Below are positions 47,071 to 61,575 of a stretch of DNA of 64,000 nucleotides, one piece after another. The translations under genes were made by a program, and so were the position numbers. Position 1 is the first letter of the stretch. Every line of letters starts with the position of its first letter. Under the pieces are notes generated by a model. That model was given only the letters and a program-made list of their open reading frames with translations, made no database searches and was not told the DNA's origin. The stretch lies in NCBI RefSeq assembly GCF_009914755.1, contig NC_060932.1; one strand, 5' to 3'. The stretch comes from the human T2T-CHM13v2.0 reference genome, Homo sapiens.

Positions 47071-47700
47071 AATTAGTTCAATCACTGTGGAAAGTAGTTT
47101 GGTGATTTCTCAAAGAACTTAACACAGAAGAAGCATTCAACCTAGCAGTCTCATTACTGGGTATATATCCAAAAAAGCACAGATTGTTCTACCAAAAAGA
47201 TACATGCACTCACATGCTCATCATAGCACTATTCACTATAACAAAGACATGAAATCCACCTAGATGCCCATCAACAGTGGATAGGTATACATATGATACG
47301 TATACACCATGTAATACTACGCAGCCATACAAAAGGTATGAAATCATGTCCTTTGCAGCAACATGAATGTAGTTAGGGGCCATTGTCCTAAGTAAATCAA
47401 TGTAGGAAGAGAAAACCGTATGCCACGTGTTCTCACTTTTAAGTGGGCACAAAACATTGGGTACCCATGGATGTAAAGATGGGAACAATAGACACTGGGG
47501 ACTACTAGATGCAGGAAGGTGGGAGGGGTGAAAAAGCTAACTATTGGGTACCATGCTCGGTAGTTGGGTAATGGGATTATTTGTATCCCAAACCTAAGCA
47601 TCACATAACATAACCAAGTAGCAATCCTGCACATGTACCAATGAATCTAGAATTAAACTTGAAAAAAATAAGTAAGTAAAACATAAAACATATAGATTTT
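47071..47700 (+). mobile_element. 5'-truncated older primate L1 3' end (L1PA15/16 or L1PB-like)
   Basis: AATTAGTTCAATCACTGTGGAAAG (ORF2 C-terminus), TGTTCTCACTT, GACACTGGGGACTACTAGA, CCTGCACATGTACC, then an A-rich tail. Confidence 0.9.
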
Positions 47701-48221
47701 TAAAAGGCATCTTCAAATGTCACCTTGTAGTGCCCCACCCTGAATTGTAGTCACCTACACACATAAACTCACACACAAACACACACTCCCATACACACAT
47801 CAAAACATTCAATACACCTACCTTACTCTATTTTTTTTTCTGACTTCCAACATAGTACATCATTTATTTAACAAGAACGTAAGCTCAACGGGGAGGAATT
47901 GTTCTCTGTTTATTTTCTGATGTTTCCTAGGTACCTAGATCAGTGCCTGGTGCATATATAAATGAATATTTTGAGTGAATATTTGTGGAATCATGAATGA
48001 ATGAACTGATGAATGTTAATATTGGTATTTTTCATTGTTATTTGTCTTATTCCTAGGAAGACAGGACTAGTCATTTGAGGTACTTTTTCAGAACAGCCAG
48101 GGCTGGGGAGGATCCTTTATTTGTGGGTGTTAAATAATAGCAAGTGAACACAGTGCAGCAGTAGTGACCCTGTTGATGATGATAATGAATCACATTGATA
48201 TAGTGCTTTTCTTTTTCTACC

Positions 48222-48223
<2 letters not shown>

Positions 48224-48252
<29 letters not shown>
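48224..48252. repeat. (TG)14 microsatellite
   Basis: Direct reading. Confidence 0.93.
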
Positions 48253-48255
<3 letters not shown>

Positions 48256-48549
48256 TCTCCTCAGTGTCAGGGTGATAGATTATGCCCATTCCTTCTAGGA
48301 AAATGGTTATTCCATCTTAATGCAGGCTTTTAGAAATGAAAAATAATGCCTGCTACAATCAACTTTTAATTATCTACACTAATGGAGTGCTGATGCTAAA
48401 GAAATAATCCCCAAGTCATTTACATTTGACTTTAGGATGCAACCGAGGGCTTGTATTCAGAAAAGCACGTTAAACCATCGTCAGCAGCATGTGATTGCAG
48501 AACAAATTCTGGCCTGGGAGTTGGGAAACTGGATTTGGTAGAGGCTCGG

Positions 48550-48983
48550 TGTTATGGGTTGAATTGTGATGCCGCCCCCCTGCCAAAAAGATACGTTAGA
48601 ATCCCAGCCCCCGGTAACTCAGAATAGAACCTTATTTGGAGGTAGTGTCTTGACAAAGGTAATTAAGTTAAAATGAAGTTGTTTGGGTGGAATCTAATCC
48701 AATATGACTGGTATTTTTATAGAAAGGGGAAATTTAGACTGAGACAGAGACATGCATACAGGGAAGAATGCCATGTGATGCCTGGAATTATGCTGCCACA
48801 AGCCAAGGAGCTACTGCAAGTTAGCAGGAAGGCCTGGGACAGGCCCTTCTCTAGCACCTGCAGAGGAAGCAGCCCTGTGGACACCTTGATCTCAAACTTC
48901 CAGGGCAGTAAGACAACCATGTCTGTGGTTTAAGCTACCCCATTCATGGGACTTTGTTATGACAGCCCTTGGAATTGAATATG
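48550..48983 (+). mobile_element. MaLR solo LTR (MLT1B/C-like), within a MIR
   Basis: TGTTATGGGTTGAATTGTG...CTTATTTGGA...ACTTTGTTATGACAGCCC. TSD CTCGG/CTTGG. Confidence 0.85.
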
Positions 48984-50084
48984 CTTGGTGACTCAACTCT
49001 TATGTGCTCATCTAGCATACAGTTCCCTCTCATCTCCAAGCCTCCGTTTCCTCATCCCTAAAATAGAATCCAAAGCCCCTAGCTGTTTAAGGGCTCTATA
49101 ATTAGAAAGCTTCTGACAGAAAGTCCCCATCAGCTCCTCCCAGTTTAGCAGTAAACCCATCCACCTAGGTGTCCTCTAAATTAGGTAAGTGACCCTAGAA
49201 GAAAGTTCCACACATCATCTGAACCGCGGATAAAATGCATGCAGAAATGACTTTATTCAAATTCAAGAGTTTACATTTTACTTAACTCTGGAAAACTCAG
49301 AGTTTAAACATTTTCACATTTTTTTTTAAATAGCAAGAATGGCATGCCACATCATGATGATTCAGCTCTCATCTCTATTTCTCTAGGCAGAATGCATTTA
49401 CACATCATCCAATCCCACCCTATTTCCATGTACTATTAGCAGAAGCAAATATCAGCCTTCTTCAGGCCCTGGCAGGATAAAAATTCAGCCCAGTAGACAC
49501 TGGGAGGACAAGAATGAGGATGTGACTTACATTCCCCAGGGCCATGGCATTCAAAACCACCATACCCACTGAATGTGCTTCTCTATCGCTTTGTTTAATA
49601 TTTGGAGAGTAGTGTTTGCTCCAAAACTTGTAAAAAGTGAGACCAATGGAAACCATTGGTCCAAAGCAATCTTACCTGAGAAACATTTTAAAAAGAAGTC
49701 TTTCCCTTATGATTCCTCTTCTTACTCTACTTTTTTGAATAAAGAGATTAATACCCAACCGATGACTACTGCAAGGATGAAGGTTATTCTTTAGGAGAAA
49801 AAAAAATTGTAACATACATTTTTATGAAAAAAAGATTTCTAAATATGCTGATAAAATCACTGACATCTCAGTAAATATAGTTTATTCCTAGGAAGTGACT
49901 AGAATGATTGATTTAGCTATATGTAAGTTATTTAATACTGTTTGAAAGGTACTTCATCAACACCATTTACTGTGATCAATAGCATTTTCAGGAACACTTC
50001 AGACTTGGGGAGGTTACTCCTTTGGGTAACCTTTTAGGATTATCTGTTGTGGGAACAAGAAGTAGCCATCAAAAGCCACTGAGC

Positions 50085-50376
50085 AGGCTGGGTGCTATAA
50101 TCCCAGCATTTTGGGAGGCTGAAGTGGGAGGACTGCTTGAACCCAGGGGTTTGAGACCAGCCTGGACAACATGGTGAGATCCCCTATCTACAAAAACTAT
50201 ATTAAAAAAATTTAGCTTGTTGTAGTGTACACACCTATTGTCCCAGTTGCTCAGGAGGCTGGGGTGGGAGAATCACTTGACCCCAGGAGGTCAAGGCTGC
50301 AGTTAGCATTGCTTGTGCCACTGCAGTCCAGCCTAGGTGAAAGAGTGAGACCCTGTCTCAAAAAAAAAAAAAAAAA
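50085..50376 (+). mobile_element. AluJ
   Basis: Diverged dimer with GGAGGTCAAGGCTGCAG, GAGACCCTGTCTC and a poly(A) tail. Confidence 0.88.
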
Positions 50377-50873
50377 TGTCCCTCTAAGCAGTTAAAATAG
50401 GTCAACATCAAAGCTCATGGTTCTGGCTCTTAGTCAAAGCCTATTTATATCTGACATAATTCTCATATATTGCATATATTGACCTGTTTGGTTTACTAAT
50501 CCACATTAGAGGCCAACAGTATAGAACCAGAATCAGAAAATCTATTAAAAGGAAATGAAAGAATAAAAAAGCATGGCAATATCAGGCCATTAGGTGTGGG
50601 TACAAATAATCTCCCAAACCACAGTAGTCTCTGAGTGTTTCACTGACAAAGTTTAGTTATCGATAATTATAATTATGACCTTGAAATCCTAGCGTAGACA
50701 TTGAATACTATGTTTGGAAGTCAGGGAATTGTTTAATATATTTAAGAAAGATATTCCCTTCAAAGCAGTTCAAGTGGTCTTAGTATTGCCAGTTAAGGAA
50801 GTGGGTTACAGGATCCTGGAATGACTCAGTGATATAGAAAGGCTCAGTCCCTGGCAATGTCAGATGAGTGAAG

Positions 50874-50995
50874 AGGTTGATGCAAAAGTAATTGTGATTT
50901 TTGTCATTACTTTTAAATGTAAAGTACAGGCACTAACATAGTATTAGTTACTAATAGTATTAGTTATTTAGTAAATTACTTTTGTACTAACCTAA
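50874..50995. mobile_element. MADE1 with internal insertion
   Basis: AGGTTGATGCAAAAGTAATTG ... AATTACTTTTGTACTAACCTAA, with extra sequence replacing part of the right arm. Confidence 0.85.
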
Positions 50996-51038
50996 TACTA
51001 TGTTAGTGCCTGTACAAATAATGTGCAGTAAAAACAAT

Positions 51039-51040
<2 letters not shown>

Positions 51041-51082
<42 letters not shown>
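51041..51082. repeat. (GT)21 microsatellite
   Basis: Direct reading. Confidence 0.95.
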
Positions 51083-51084
<2 letters not shown>

Positions 51085-51837
51085 TGGAAAGCAGTTGATC
51101 TGTACACATACTTACAGTTTACTAAACAAATGTTTGAGTGCCTACTGTGTGTCTTGCTTTGGCTGTGCTCTAGACAGTCATGATAACAGAGATCCCTGGT
51201 CTGGGGAGGTCCCACTCTCAGAGCAATTACGGAAGAAGGGTAGAGGAAATCATGCAAGTATGTAGGGATAGGCTGATGAGAGCGGAAGCATGAGGGCTGA
51301 GAGCTGCAGGCTGTCTTCCCACTAGTCAGGGAAGGCTTTCTGATTAAAGAAAATTTTCATCACCTATGCTTAGAAGTTTAGACTCAGAATAACTGATGGC
51401 AAATGGAAAAGATGAAATAAACTAGGATGAGAAGACAAGACTGCCCAATTCACACAATGAATCCAGTCTCTGAATCAGTCGGGTGCTAGCCAAAGCAGAA
51501 ATATTTCCAGCAGAGCCCTGGGAACAGAGAAGGAGGCAGTTTTTATTAAAGTCTTAGTTTCCAAATGATGGATGCCAACAAGAAAATAGTTTAAAATTCC
51601 AAGAGAAGCCTTCACCTTTCATTCCATTGTAGAGTAATGGCTTTTTCAAACACATTCAAATAAAGCCAGGGTTGTTAAGTAGTATGTCTCAATCAACATA
51701 CTCAAAGTCTGTGAACCAAAGGCATAGTCTTAGGCTTCCTCTTATAGTCTAGCATGATATTATTCTATTTCATCTTTTTTTATATGCTTGCTCCCTTGAG
51801 TGTTTTAGAATGAGACTGCTAGATTTTATGTTTCTAA

Positions 51838-52193
<356 letters not shown>

Positions 52194-53077
52194 TAGAACA
52201 TTCTTTCTTGGAAAGGAAGAACATCACAGCCTTCTGTGCATTCTCTTGTTCACCCACATAGGCAAGGTGATGTGTTTGCAGCCTTCTTTTTACCCTCACC
52301 TCTGGGAGGTGGCCTTGGCTCATCACCTATTGTTTCATGCTCTCTCTTAAAGGCTGATTTGGTGACTGAATTCATCATTGCTGCCTACACACCCATGGGG
52401 CTAGCCTGGGCAAAATGTGCCTCGTAGGTTGCCTGACCTTTTGCCTTTTGGCAACGTTTATCACCTCTGAGGATTCAGCTTCTTTCGTCAGAAAGTGAGA
52501 ACTTGGATCAGGTCATCTCTAAGGTTCCTTTCAGTTTTAACCTTTCAGAAGTCACACAACCATAAACATTTGGTGTACCTAGACTGTTGGCTTATTGTCC
52601 GACTTTAAGCCAGTCATTTCAGTTAAACAAACAAAAATGGGGGCTTGCCAGAGTCAAGTCATACAAGACTGCTTTCCTAATATTTGGTGCTTCTTAAATG
52701 AAGTTGTTATTTATGCATCCCTCAATCCCCTCCCTCTTCTGCATATTTTGAACTTGCAAAGCCTTCTGATATTTTAAGCAGAAGGTTGCAAATGCTTGTC
52801 CTACTGCCTGGCCAAGTCTTAGGTAAAAATTGTCACCTAACCACATCCTCAGATCATTTCCCCTGTACTCTAGATCACTAAGCGCATGTGCACACACACG
52901 CATGCACGCGCGCACACACACACACACACCATCCAGGATCCTCCTGAGGATGAATGAATATTCCTGGGCCAAATATTGCATGAGGATTTGGGCAATGTTT
53001 TGGCTAGTTGAACAACAACAATGCTCATATTTATGCCAATTGGCAGGACCATTGCTTGATCATCCTGTACTTGGTGA

Positions 53078-53425
<348 letters not shown>

Positions 53426-54180
53426 TAATCCAGATAACTAAGCTATCCTTAGGGTGATATGTAATGCAGCAATTGCTAGAAAATGACATGTTTTCATAAT
53501 GGATCTTTCTCCACCATCTAGAAATTTAGGTAAAGTTGAAAGAAAGGATAGGAGGAACCATTTACTGTGCACCTACTTTCTTCCTGAGATTTTATACATG
53601 TCATTTGATGTTTACACCAAGTTTTTGAGGTCAATCTCATATCCAAAGCTCTAATCAATTAACTTTAAATTAGTTAATGACAGGGCTCTCTTATTCTTAA
53701 ACCTGTCATTTCCCCTAAACTATGTTGTTTTCCTAAAGTGAGATTAAAAGTTTGAAAACAAAGGAACAAAATGTTCATTTATTTACTACGTTTCTGAAAA
53801 CTTGCATATATCTTAATATATATATATATCTTATTTATATGTCTTATTTCATTGTTATGAAAACCTAGCTTTCTTTCCTTCTATCCTTTCAATATTATGC
53901 TACTTGTATTTAGTATTTACATTGTATGATTCAAAATATTGTTCACTGCAGAGCCAAGTAGTAGACTATGACCGCTCTGCTTATTTTGAACCATCTTTTA
54001 TTTTTTTCTGGAGTTGATAATTGCTTCAGATTTTTGTCTGGCTTTTTATAAGCCTGTTGATAATTTCCTGTTTATTCTAATGTCTGTCATATGCCTATCC
54101 ATGGAGTTAACCTAGTTTCATTTTGTTTTTCATGGCCACATCTTTATCCTCCTTTCTGTGGGGGCCCTCAGCTTCTGCTT

Positions 54181-54292
54181 TAATTCCAGCTAGATACTTT
54201 CTGCTTTCATTCCCGCTATATACTCTAATTCCAGCTAGATACTTTCTGCTTTCATTCCTGCTATATACTTTAATTCCAGCTAGATACTTTCT
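54181..54292. repeat. 45-bp tandem repeat, 2.5 copies
   Basis: TAATTCCAGCTAGATACTTTCTGCTTTCATTCC(C/T)GCTATATACT(C/T) starting at 54181, 54226 and 54271. Confidence 0.92.
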
Positions 54293-54720
54293 ATGTGGGC
54301 TGCAAAGGTGTAGCCCTGATACTTTTCTCATCTATCATCCTGAGACTTCATCTTACAATTACCCTGTTTTCCAAATCTCATGCCTTCTACTTCCTTCCTT
54401 TACTCTCCATTTAGAATATTTTTCAGCAGCTTCTAAATTAGCCTACATAAGACATAAACTCTTAGATCTTACTTGTCTGAAATGTCTTTCACATATGATT
54501 GGTATTTGAGCTAAACATAAATTAGAGATTGAAAGTCATTTCTCTTCAGAATTTTGAAGACTTCTCTACTCTTTTTCTTTCTGCTGTTGTTTTTGAGAAG
54601 TCCAATAACATATTTCTAATCCTTTGTATTTTGTTTCCTCTCTGAAAACTACTTAGATATTCTTTTATTACAAATATTCTAAAATTTAGTAATTTTTAAA
54701 ATTCTCTCATTGTTTTAAAC

Positions 54721-55010
54721 TTTTTTTTTGAGTGGAGTTTCACTCTTTTTGCCCATGCTGGAGTGCAATGACACGATCTTAGTTCACTGCAACCTCCGCC
54801 TCCTGGGTTCATGTGATTCTACTGCCTCAGCCTCCTGAGTAGCTGGGATTACAGGTGCGCACCATCATGCCCAACTAATTTTGTATTTTTTGTAGAGACA
54901 GGATTTCACCATGTTGGCCAGGCTGGTCTCAAACTCCTGACCTCAGATGATCTGCCCGTCTCAGCCTCCCAAAGGGCTGGGATTACAGGCATTAGCCACT
55001 GCACCCGGCC
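54721..55010 (-). mobile_element. AluS (Sp/Sq-like)
   Basis: Antisense dimer. TSD TGTTTTAAAC at 54711-54720 and 55011-55020. Confidence 0.92.
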
Positions 55011-57210
55011 TGTTTTAAACATTTAATGGACTCACCAGGGAATTTTCTTGTCTTATTACTTTGATAATTTCCTCCACTCCATTTTCCCTCTAATATTTTT
55101 ACTTTCGGGGATTCCTATGAGTTTGACATTGGTTCTTCTGGACTAATGTTTCCTCTAGTGTTTTTTGAAGATGTCTTTTTGGATTAAATTCTAGAAACCG
55201 CCTCAACTTTATATTTCATTGTTGCTTTTGATGGTTTTAATGCAGATACTGAATTTCCAAGAGTGCTTTAGTTGTTCTCTTAGTGTTCATTTCATAGAGC
55301 ACGTTGTTCTCCTTTAAGAGGTCATATCTTCTCTTTAACTTCCAGGATTTTTTTAACCGTTTTGTCTGTTCTTTATATTATGTTACTTTTCTCTCATTTG
55401 CTCCACTTCCTCCCCACCCCACCCCTGTTTATTTAGATCTCTTCCTTTCATAGTGAAGGTTCTTCTCAATTCACTAGCTACCTCAACTGTCCCTTTGTAT
55501 TTGAGAACAAGGCATTGAGAAGCATTATTTTGGAAGCTCTGTGTGCATGACCAGGACTTGTCAAAGACTGGAGCTTATCACAAGGGGATCAGATAGAAAG
55601 CTGTCTTTTCTATAAGAGGCATTCCCAATGTTAGTGTCTGCAGGCCTTCTAGAACTGGAAGCAGAAAGTCCCTCCTCGGCATGTAGAGTCTCACTCATTC
55701 CCGTTTGCATTCCATCACCTCCCTGCCCTGAGCCCTTTGCACTTGTGGTACATGTTGTTTGAAGTATGATGCTTCATTGATTAGATTCCTTCAGGGGTAA
55801 AATCTCCATTCTCGTGTGGGGAAGGTGATACTTTAAGTCACCTGGCTGTGCAGCAACAGAGAGGGACCAGGTAGTCTAATAACACCTTATGCAGACTTCC
55901 AACTCTTGTTTCTCACTATACCTTATTCTATAAACTTCTGGGGAAACGGCTTTCTTTGAATTCTGAGCCTTTCTTAGGTATATTTCAGGCCAACTTACTT
56001 GTACCTTGTCCATACACTTGTCAACTGGCACCCAAGTTCAGGCGGTCTCCATTTTAATCAATCAGCTGCTGCTCATCCACCTTTCATTTTATCTTCCAAA
56101 ATATTGTTATAATTCTTATGCATTGGTTAGCTTCTTTTCTTTAACTTTGTCCTTGTGGATTACTACTCATTTTGGTCTTTTATTGTTACTTTAGTGGCAT
56201 TTCAGGAGGAAATGGAATGGAAGTGTGAGGTCAATGCAGCATATCAACCAGAATCTAGCCTGAATTGCAACTGTCTCACAATAGGTGCCGGACTCTGCAG
56301 TTATGGTTCTAGATAGTACAAAATTTCCTCTCTCTTATGAGAAATATGAAATCATTTAAAGCAGTTACCTTTTCTAAACAATTCCATGGACTCTGAGTCA
56401 AAATAATTTGGCAATCATTTATTCCAACCTCTCCTGGATGCCTAAACTATATCCCTAAGAGGTGATTTTACAATCTTGAATTGAATCTCTCCAGTGATAA
56501 GGAATTTACTTACACATGAAATGATTCATTACATTTTCAAGTCATGTTGTGGTAAGAGTTAGAGTGCTTCTAAGTATCTTTGTTAACTCCTAAAATCTGA
56601 GTCTTACAAATAACTGACTTATCAAGTTGTAAAAAGTAAAGAGAAAATCCCCATTTCTCCTACTTTAAATAGACCGTAGAAAATAATGATGTCCAAATTT
56701 GTCAAATACGTCAAACTCAACTGCATATAGGACCATTGGTGTACTTATAATCCAAGAAGTGCCAACACAACCATATGGCATCAGTTGAAGGGACCTCAAG
56801 AAGTTAATGTGGATTTCACAGTGGCAAGGCTGATGGCTTTAGTCTTGCTGAAAGTTCTGCTTGTTTGATGAGAAATATTTATATAATATTTTCAGAGGCT
56901 TATTTCTTGTATGTAAACTCTCAGATGTGAAAGGGAATTCATTTGCTGCATATTGATTAGCTCGTTGAGTGTTAATTTCTCATGGTTGTGGTCTGCATGA
57001 GAGAACTACAATCAGCTAGAGTCAAAGAAAAGTGGATGCTTCCACCAGCTGATTTTTATTTTATTTTTATTTATAATATGGAACACTACTGTAAAAGAAT
57101 CTTTGCCTGTCTTTCCACTTTATAATTATAAAGAAAAGGAAAAAAAGAGGTTAGAGGGCCCTTCAAGGTACTTTAAAATGTTTTTTTCTTAGCAATTCAA
57201 AATGTCCTAG

Positions 57211-57926
57211 TGAAACGGGAGAGTTCCCTGACTCCCTTCACAGGACTTGTGACAGGGGTGTCTTGTTTATTTGGCCTCAGTGCTCAAACCCCTTATGGGA
57301 TGGGGAACATGCAGGTGCACAGGAGCAGAAGCCAGGGTGAGTGCTTTTGGGCTCCAGCCCCACAGTGGTGTCTAGGGGTGTTACAATGCTCTTTTAGCCC
57401 TGCCATCTGGGGATGGCTTAAGTGTTAAACAGCTCAGTGAAAAGTCAGTGTGACAGCCTTTTGGGGTTCCCATACCCAGTGTGTCCTGAATTCTTGTTCA
57501 GTGTCCATGAAGAATGAGGTCATACAGACCTGAAGGCTGGTGAATGTGGGGATTTTGTTGAGTGATGGAGGTGGCTCTCAGCAGGAAGGGGAACGGGAGA
57601 GGGGACGGAGTGGGAAGATGATCTTCCCCTGTAGTTCATCGGTCCCATAGCTGATTTCCTCTCTGTCCACAGCTAAACTCCTCTTGACCTTCAGACACTT
57701 CCTCTCTTCCCTCCTCTGCTGCACTGCTCTGCTGCTCTGCCACTCTTCTGCTTGTGGAGCCTGGATATTGGGGTTTATATGGATGGGCACACGATAGGGG
57801 GTTGCAGTGGGTCAAAAGGCAACATTTGGGTGCAAAAACAGGAATGCCTGTTCTCACTTAGGGCTGCAGGTCTACGCTTGAGGGTGGAACCCTCGCCAGG
57901 AACTCTTTTGCCTCCTGTCCATATCA
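57211..57926 (-). mobile_element. ERV1 solo LTR (LTR1-family-like)
   Basis: TG...CA termini, with the minus strand starting TGATATGGACAGGAGGC. Exact 4-bp TSD CTAG at 57207-57210 and 57927-57930. GC-richer than its flanks. Confidence 0.85.
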
Positions 57927-58316
57927 CTAGGAAGACCATTGATGTGTTTGATCTTTGTAAAACTACATATGACTCTCAAGTTGCAAGTGATACTGTGGTT
58001 CAGCTTATCAAATACTGGAATTTGGCTTCTGTCACTGACTCTGCCACTGGCTTTGTGGTCCTGAACGCAGCCCTGATGTCAGATGTGTTGGTAATCTTGG
58101 GGAACTTTAAGCAAGCCAGCTTTTTTTTTTTTTTTTTTTTTTTTAGGACTAGATGGAGGTAAGGGAAAGTGTGAGACAATAAAACTGGCAACCAGAAACA
58201 GAAGAAGAAAGGAAGAGAGAAAGGAATCTACGGAGTGTGGAAGTTTTAGGAGTAAATTTCTATATAAGTTGCAAAATTTTAGTAATTCTTTAGTTCTTAT
58301 TTCATTTATTCACTTA

Positions 58317-59360
<1,044 letters not shown>

Positions 59361-60760
59361 CACTAATTACATTTATTGTCATAGAGAAAGCTCATGCCAG
59401 TCACATACTAGTCAGAGGAGTTTTCAGTCCTAATTGCCACAGAACAAATGACTTTGGATGTTAAATGGACTATAGTCCCCTCATTTGCAAAGTGGGGATA
59501 GTAGTATCTATATAGTGAATTATGAGAAGTAAATGAGAAATAACATTTGTGAAAATGTCTGACAAAATGCCTGAGGTGTTAACGGATCTTTTAAAATGTT
59601 AACTGTAGCCTCAATGGATTGTAAGAATATACACATTTAAACCCATTGACATAAATTATGGCTAGAATGAAAGTTTTGATCATCTTGATGATAGTTTTTG
59701 TCTTTTGGGTTTCTTTCTTGTGTGTTCTATCTGAAGAAAATCATCTGAAATCCCTCATTTAGAAATTGAAATATTTTATGTCAGCAAGCACATATGTTAA
59801 TGATTTCCTGAATCAGAAATGTGTTCAAAATCATATCTATAGCAATGATCACCACAGCGGTAGTTCTATTAGGGAAAATACACGAAAACAAATATAAAAC
59901 AATAACAAATTAAGTAACTAATTAAATAATGTGTGGCATGGAAATAAATGAAATACTGTGCAACCTTCGAACACCATTTTATAGAACAAATAATCATTGG
60001 AGAAGTAGACGTGATATGTTGTTAAGTAAACATATCATATAAATGGCTTAGAGGCTTAGAGATGTATAGGAAAGGAAATACTCTAAAATGTTAACAAGAA
60101 TGGTATCTCTGGTGCAATTAAAAGTCTTTTTAATTTGGATGGGTTTTTTTATATTTTACAAATATTTCTGCATTGATTCTACATTACTTATGTAATCAAA
60201 GGTGCCCAATACGTGTTACTTAAAGAATCTCTTCAATAATTAGAACGTAGGCACTCAATGCTCATTTTTTTCCCCAGTGATTCTCTGAACGTGTGTTACT
60301 ACCATCCAGGAGCAGAACTATATCTTGCTGAGACATTTGTGATAATGACAAAACGTTTCAATCAGAAATTTGAGATAAGGATATATAAATGATTTTTTCT
60401 CATGAGAAATAAAACGCAGGTGTGTTCACCAAAATCCTGCTCTTTTACTCAATCCCCTTGGCCAAAAGTAAGCACGACCTCTCTTGCATTGTGAACAAAA
60501 AGAGGAATTAACTCAAAAAGACTAATTTTATGCATTAGATGATCCTTTAGAATAATCAAGCATATGAGTATTAGGGTAACTTATCCTTTTTACTTTTCCT
60601 GAGGGAGGTAAGAGTAGCACCGACTTGCTACTGCTAAAGATATGGACTATTGGCCTGGGAGGGTAAGCATTTTCTGTCTGATTTAATTAAGACCACTACC
60701 TGCTGACAAGGCTTTGAGAAAGAAACAAAAATAAGGAATGCACAAATAAAATGTAATGCA

Positions 60761-61033
60761 GGTCAGGCATGGTGGCTGATGCCTAAGTGGGAGGCTTAGG
60801 CAGGTAATCACTTGAGGCCAGAAGTTTGAGACCAGGCTGGGCAGCACACCAAGACCATCTCTCTACAAAAAAAAAAAAAAATACAAATTAGCCATGTGTG
60901 GTGATGGATGTCTGTTGTCCAGCTAGTCAGGAGGCTGAGGTGGGAGAATCCCTTGAGGCCAGTTCAAGGTTACAATGAGCTATGATCATGCCACTGCACT
61001 CCAGCCTGAACAACAGAATGAGACCCTGTCTCA
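60761..61033 (+). mobile_element. AluJ
   Basis: GGTCAGGCATGGTGGCT...GAGCTATGATCATGCCACTGCACTCCAGCC...GAGACCCTGTCTC. Confidence 0.88.
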
Positions 61034-61575
61034 TTCAATTCTTTAAAAATCTAATGCAAAAACATTAGAACTGAAACTAGAACCAGTTTTATTGGAAGAT
61101 GATGGAAAAGCACCTTGTGATTTATCTCTTTTGGTAGCAGAGAGCTCATGATCGTCCATCTAACTCCCACACCATCTTGGAGAGCCACAGGGTATCCTAC
61201 ATTATCCTGCTGAAGATCCTTCAGTACCTAATGGCTCTCGTGAAGCATTCCAAAGTGAAAGTCATGGAGCCTATGCCACTAAATCAGATATAACTAGATA
61301 CATGTTGGATTAAAAGGAAAGGAGGAAAGGCATAGAAGGGAAAAACAGAGATTATTGGAGACCAAATACCTCTATAAATTCTCAAAATTTGTTTAAAGGC
61401 TTTACTTTTTCAAGATGCATATTTTGGCAATAGCTTACGAAGACTGAAGTTTTCTTATTTAATCTTAGAGATACTAATACTTAGAAAAGAAAAGTCTTCT
61501 ATCTTGTTGACCTTCTCTGTAGCCATTTGAAATCTTCATTATCAGAATAATGCCCCTCCATGTCCACAATTATTA

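Larger units (their letters stand above)
46820..48010 (+). mobile_element. L2 3' region, host of the 5S/L1 insertion
   Basis: GCCACACTGGCTCCCTTGCTGTTTCTGGAGCAC ... (insertion) ... AAATGTCACC ... GTAAGCTC...CAGTGCCTGGTGCATA...TGAATGAATGAA. Confidence 0.7.

Noticed and set aside
54107-54509. Repetitive ORFs (LIPARYFL repeats), or a CRISPR-like repeat-spacer pattern
   Set aside because: The 'spacers' are near-identical, so this is a 45-bp tandem repeat in human DNA. There are no cas genes and no coding evidence.
57752-58162. 136-aa ORF starting in the LTR
   Set aside because: It has a non-ATG start, crosses the LTR boundary into a poly(T) run, and has no recognisable domain.
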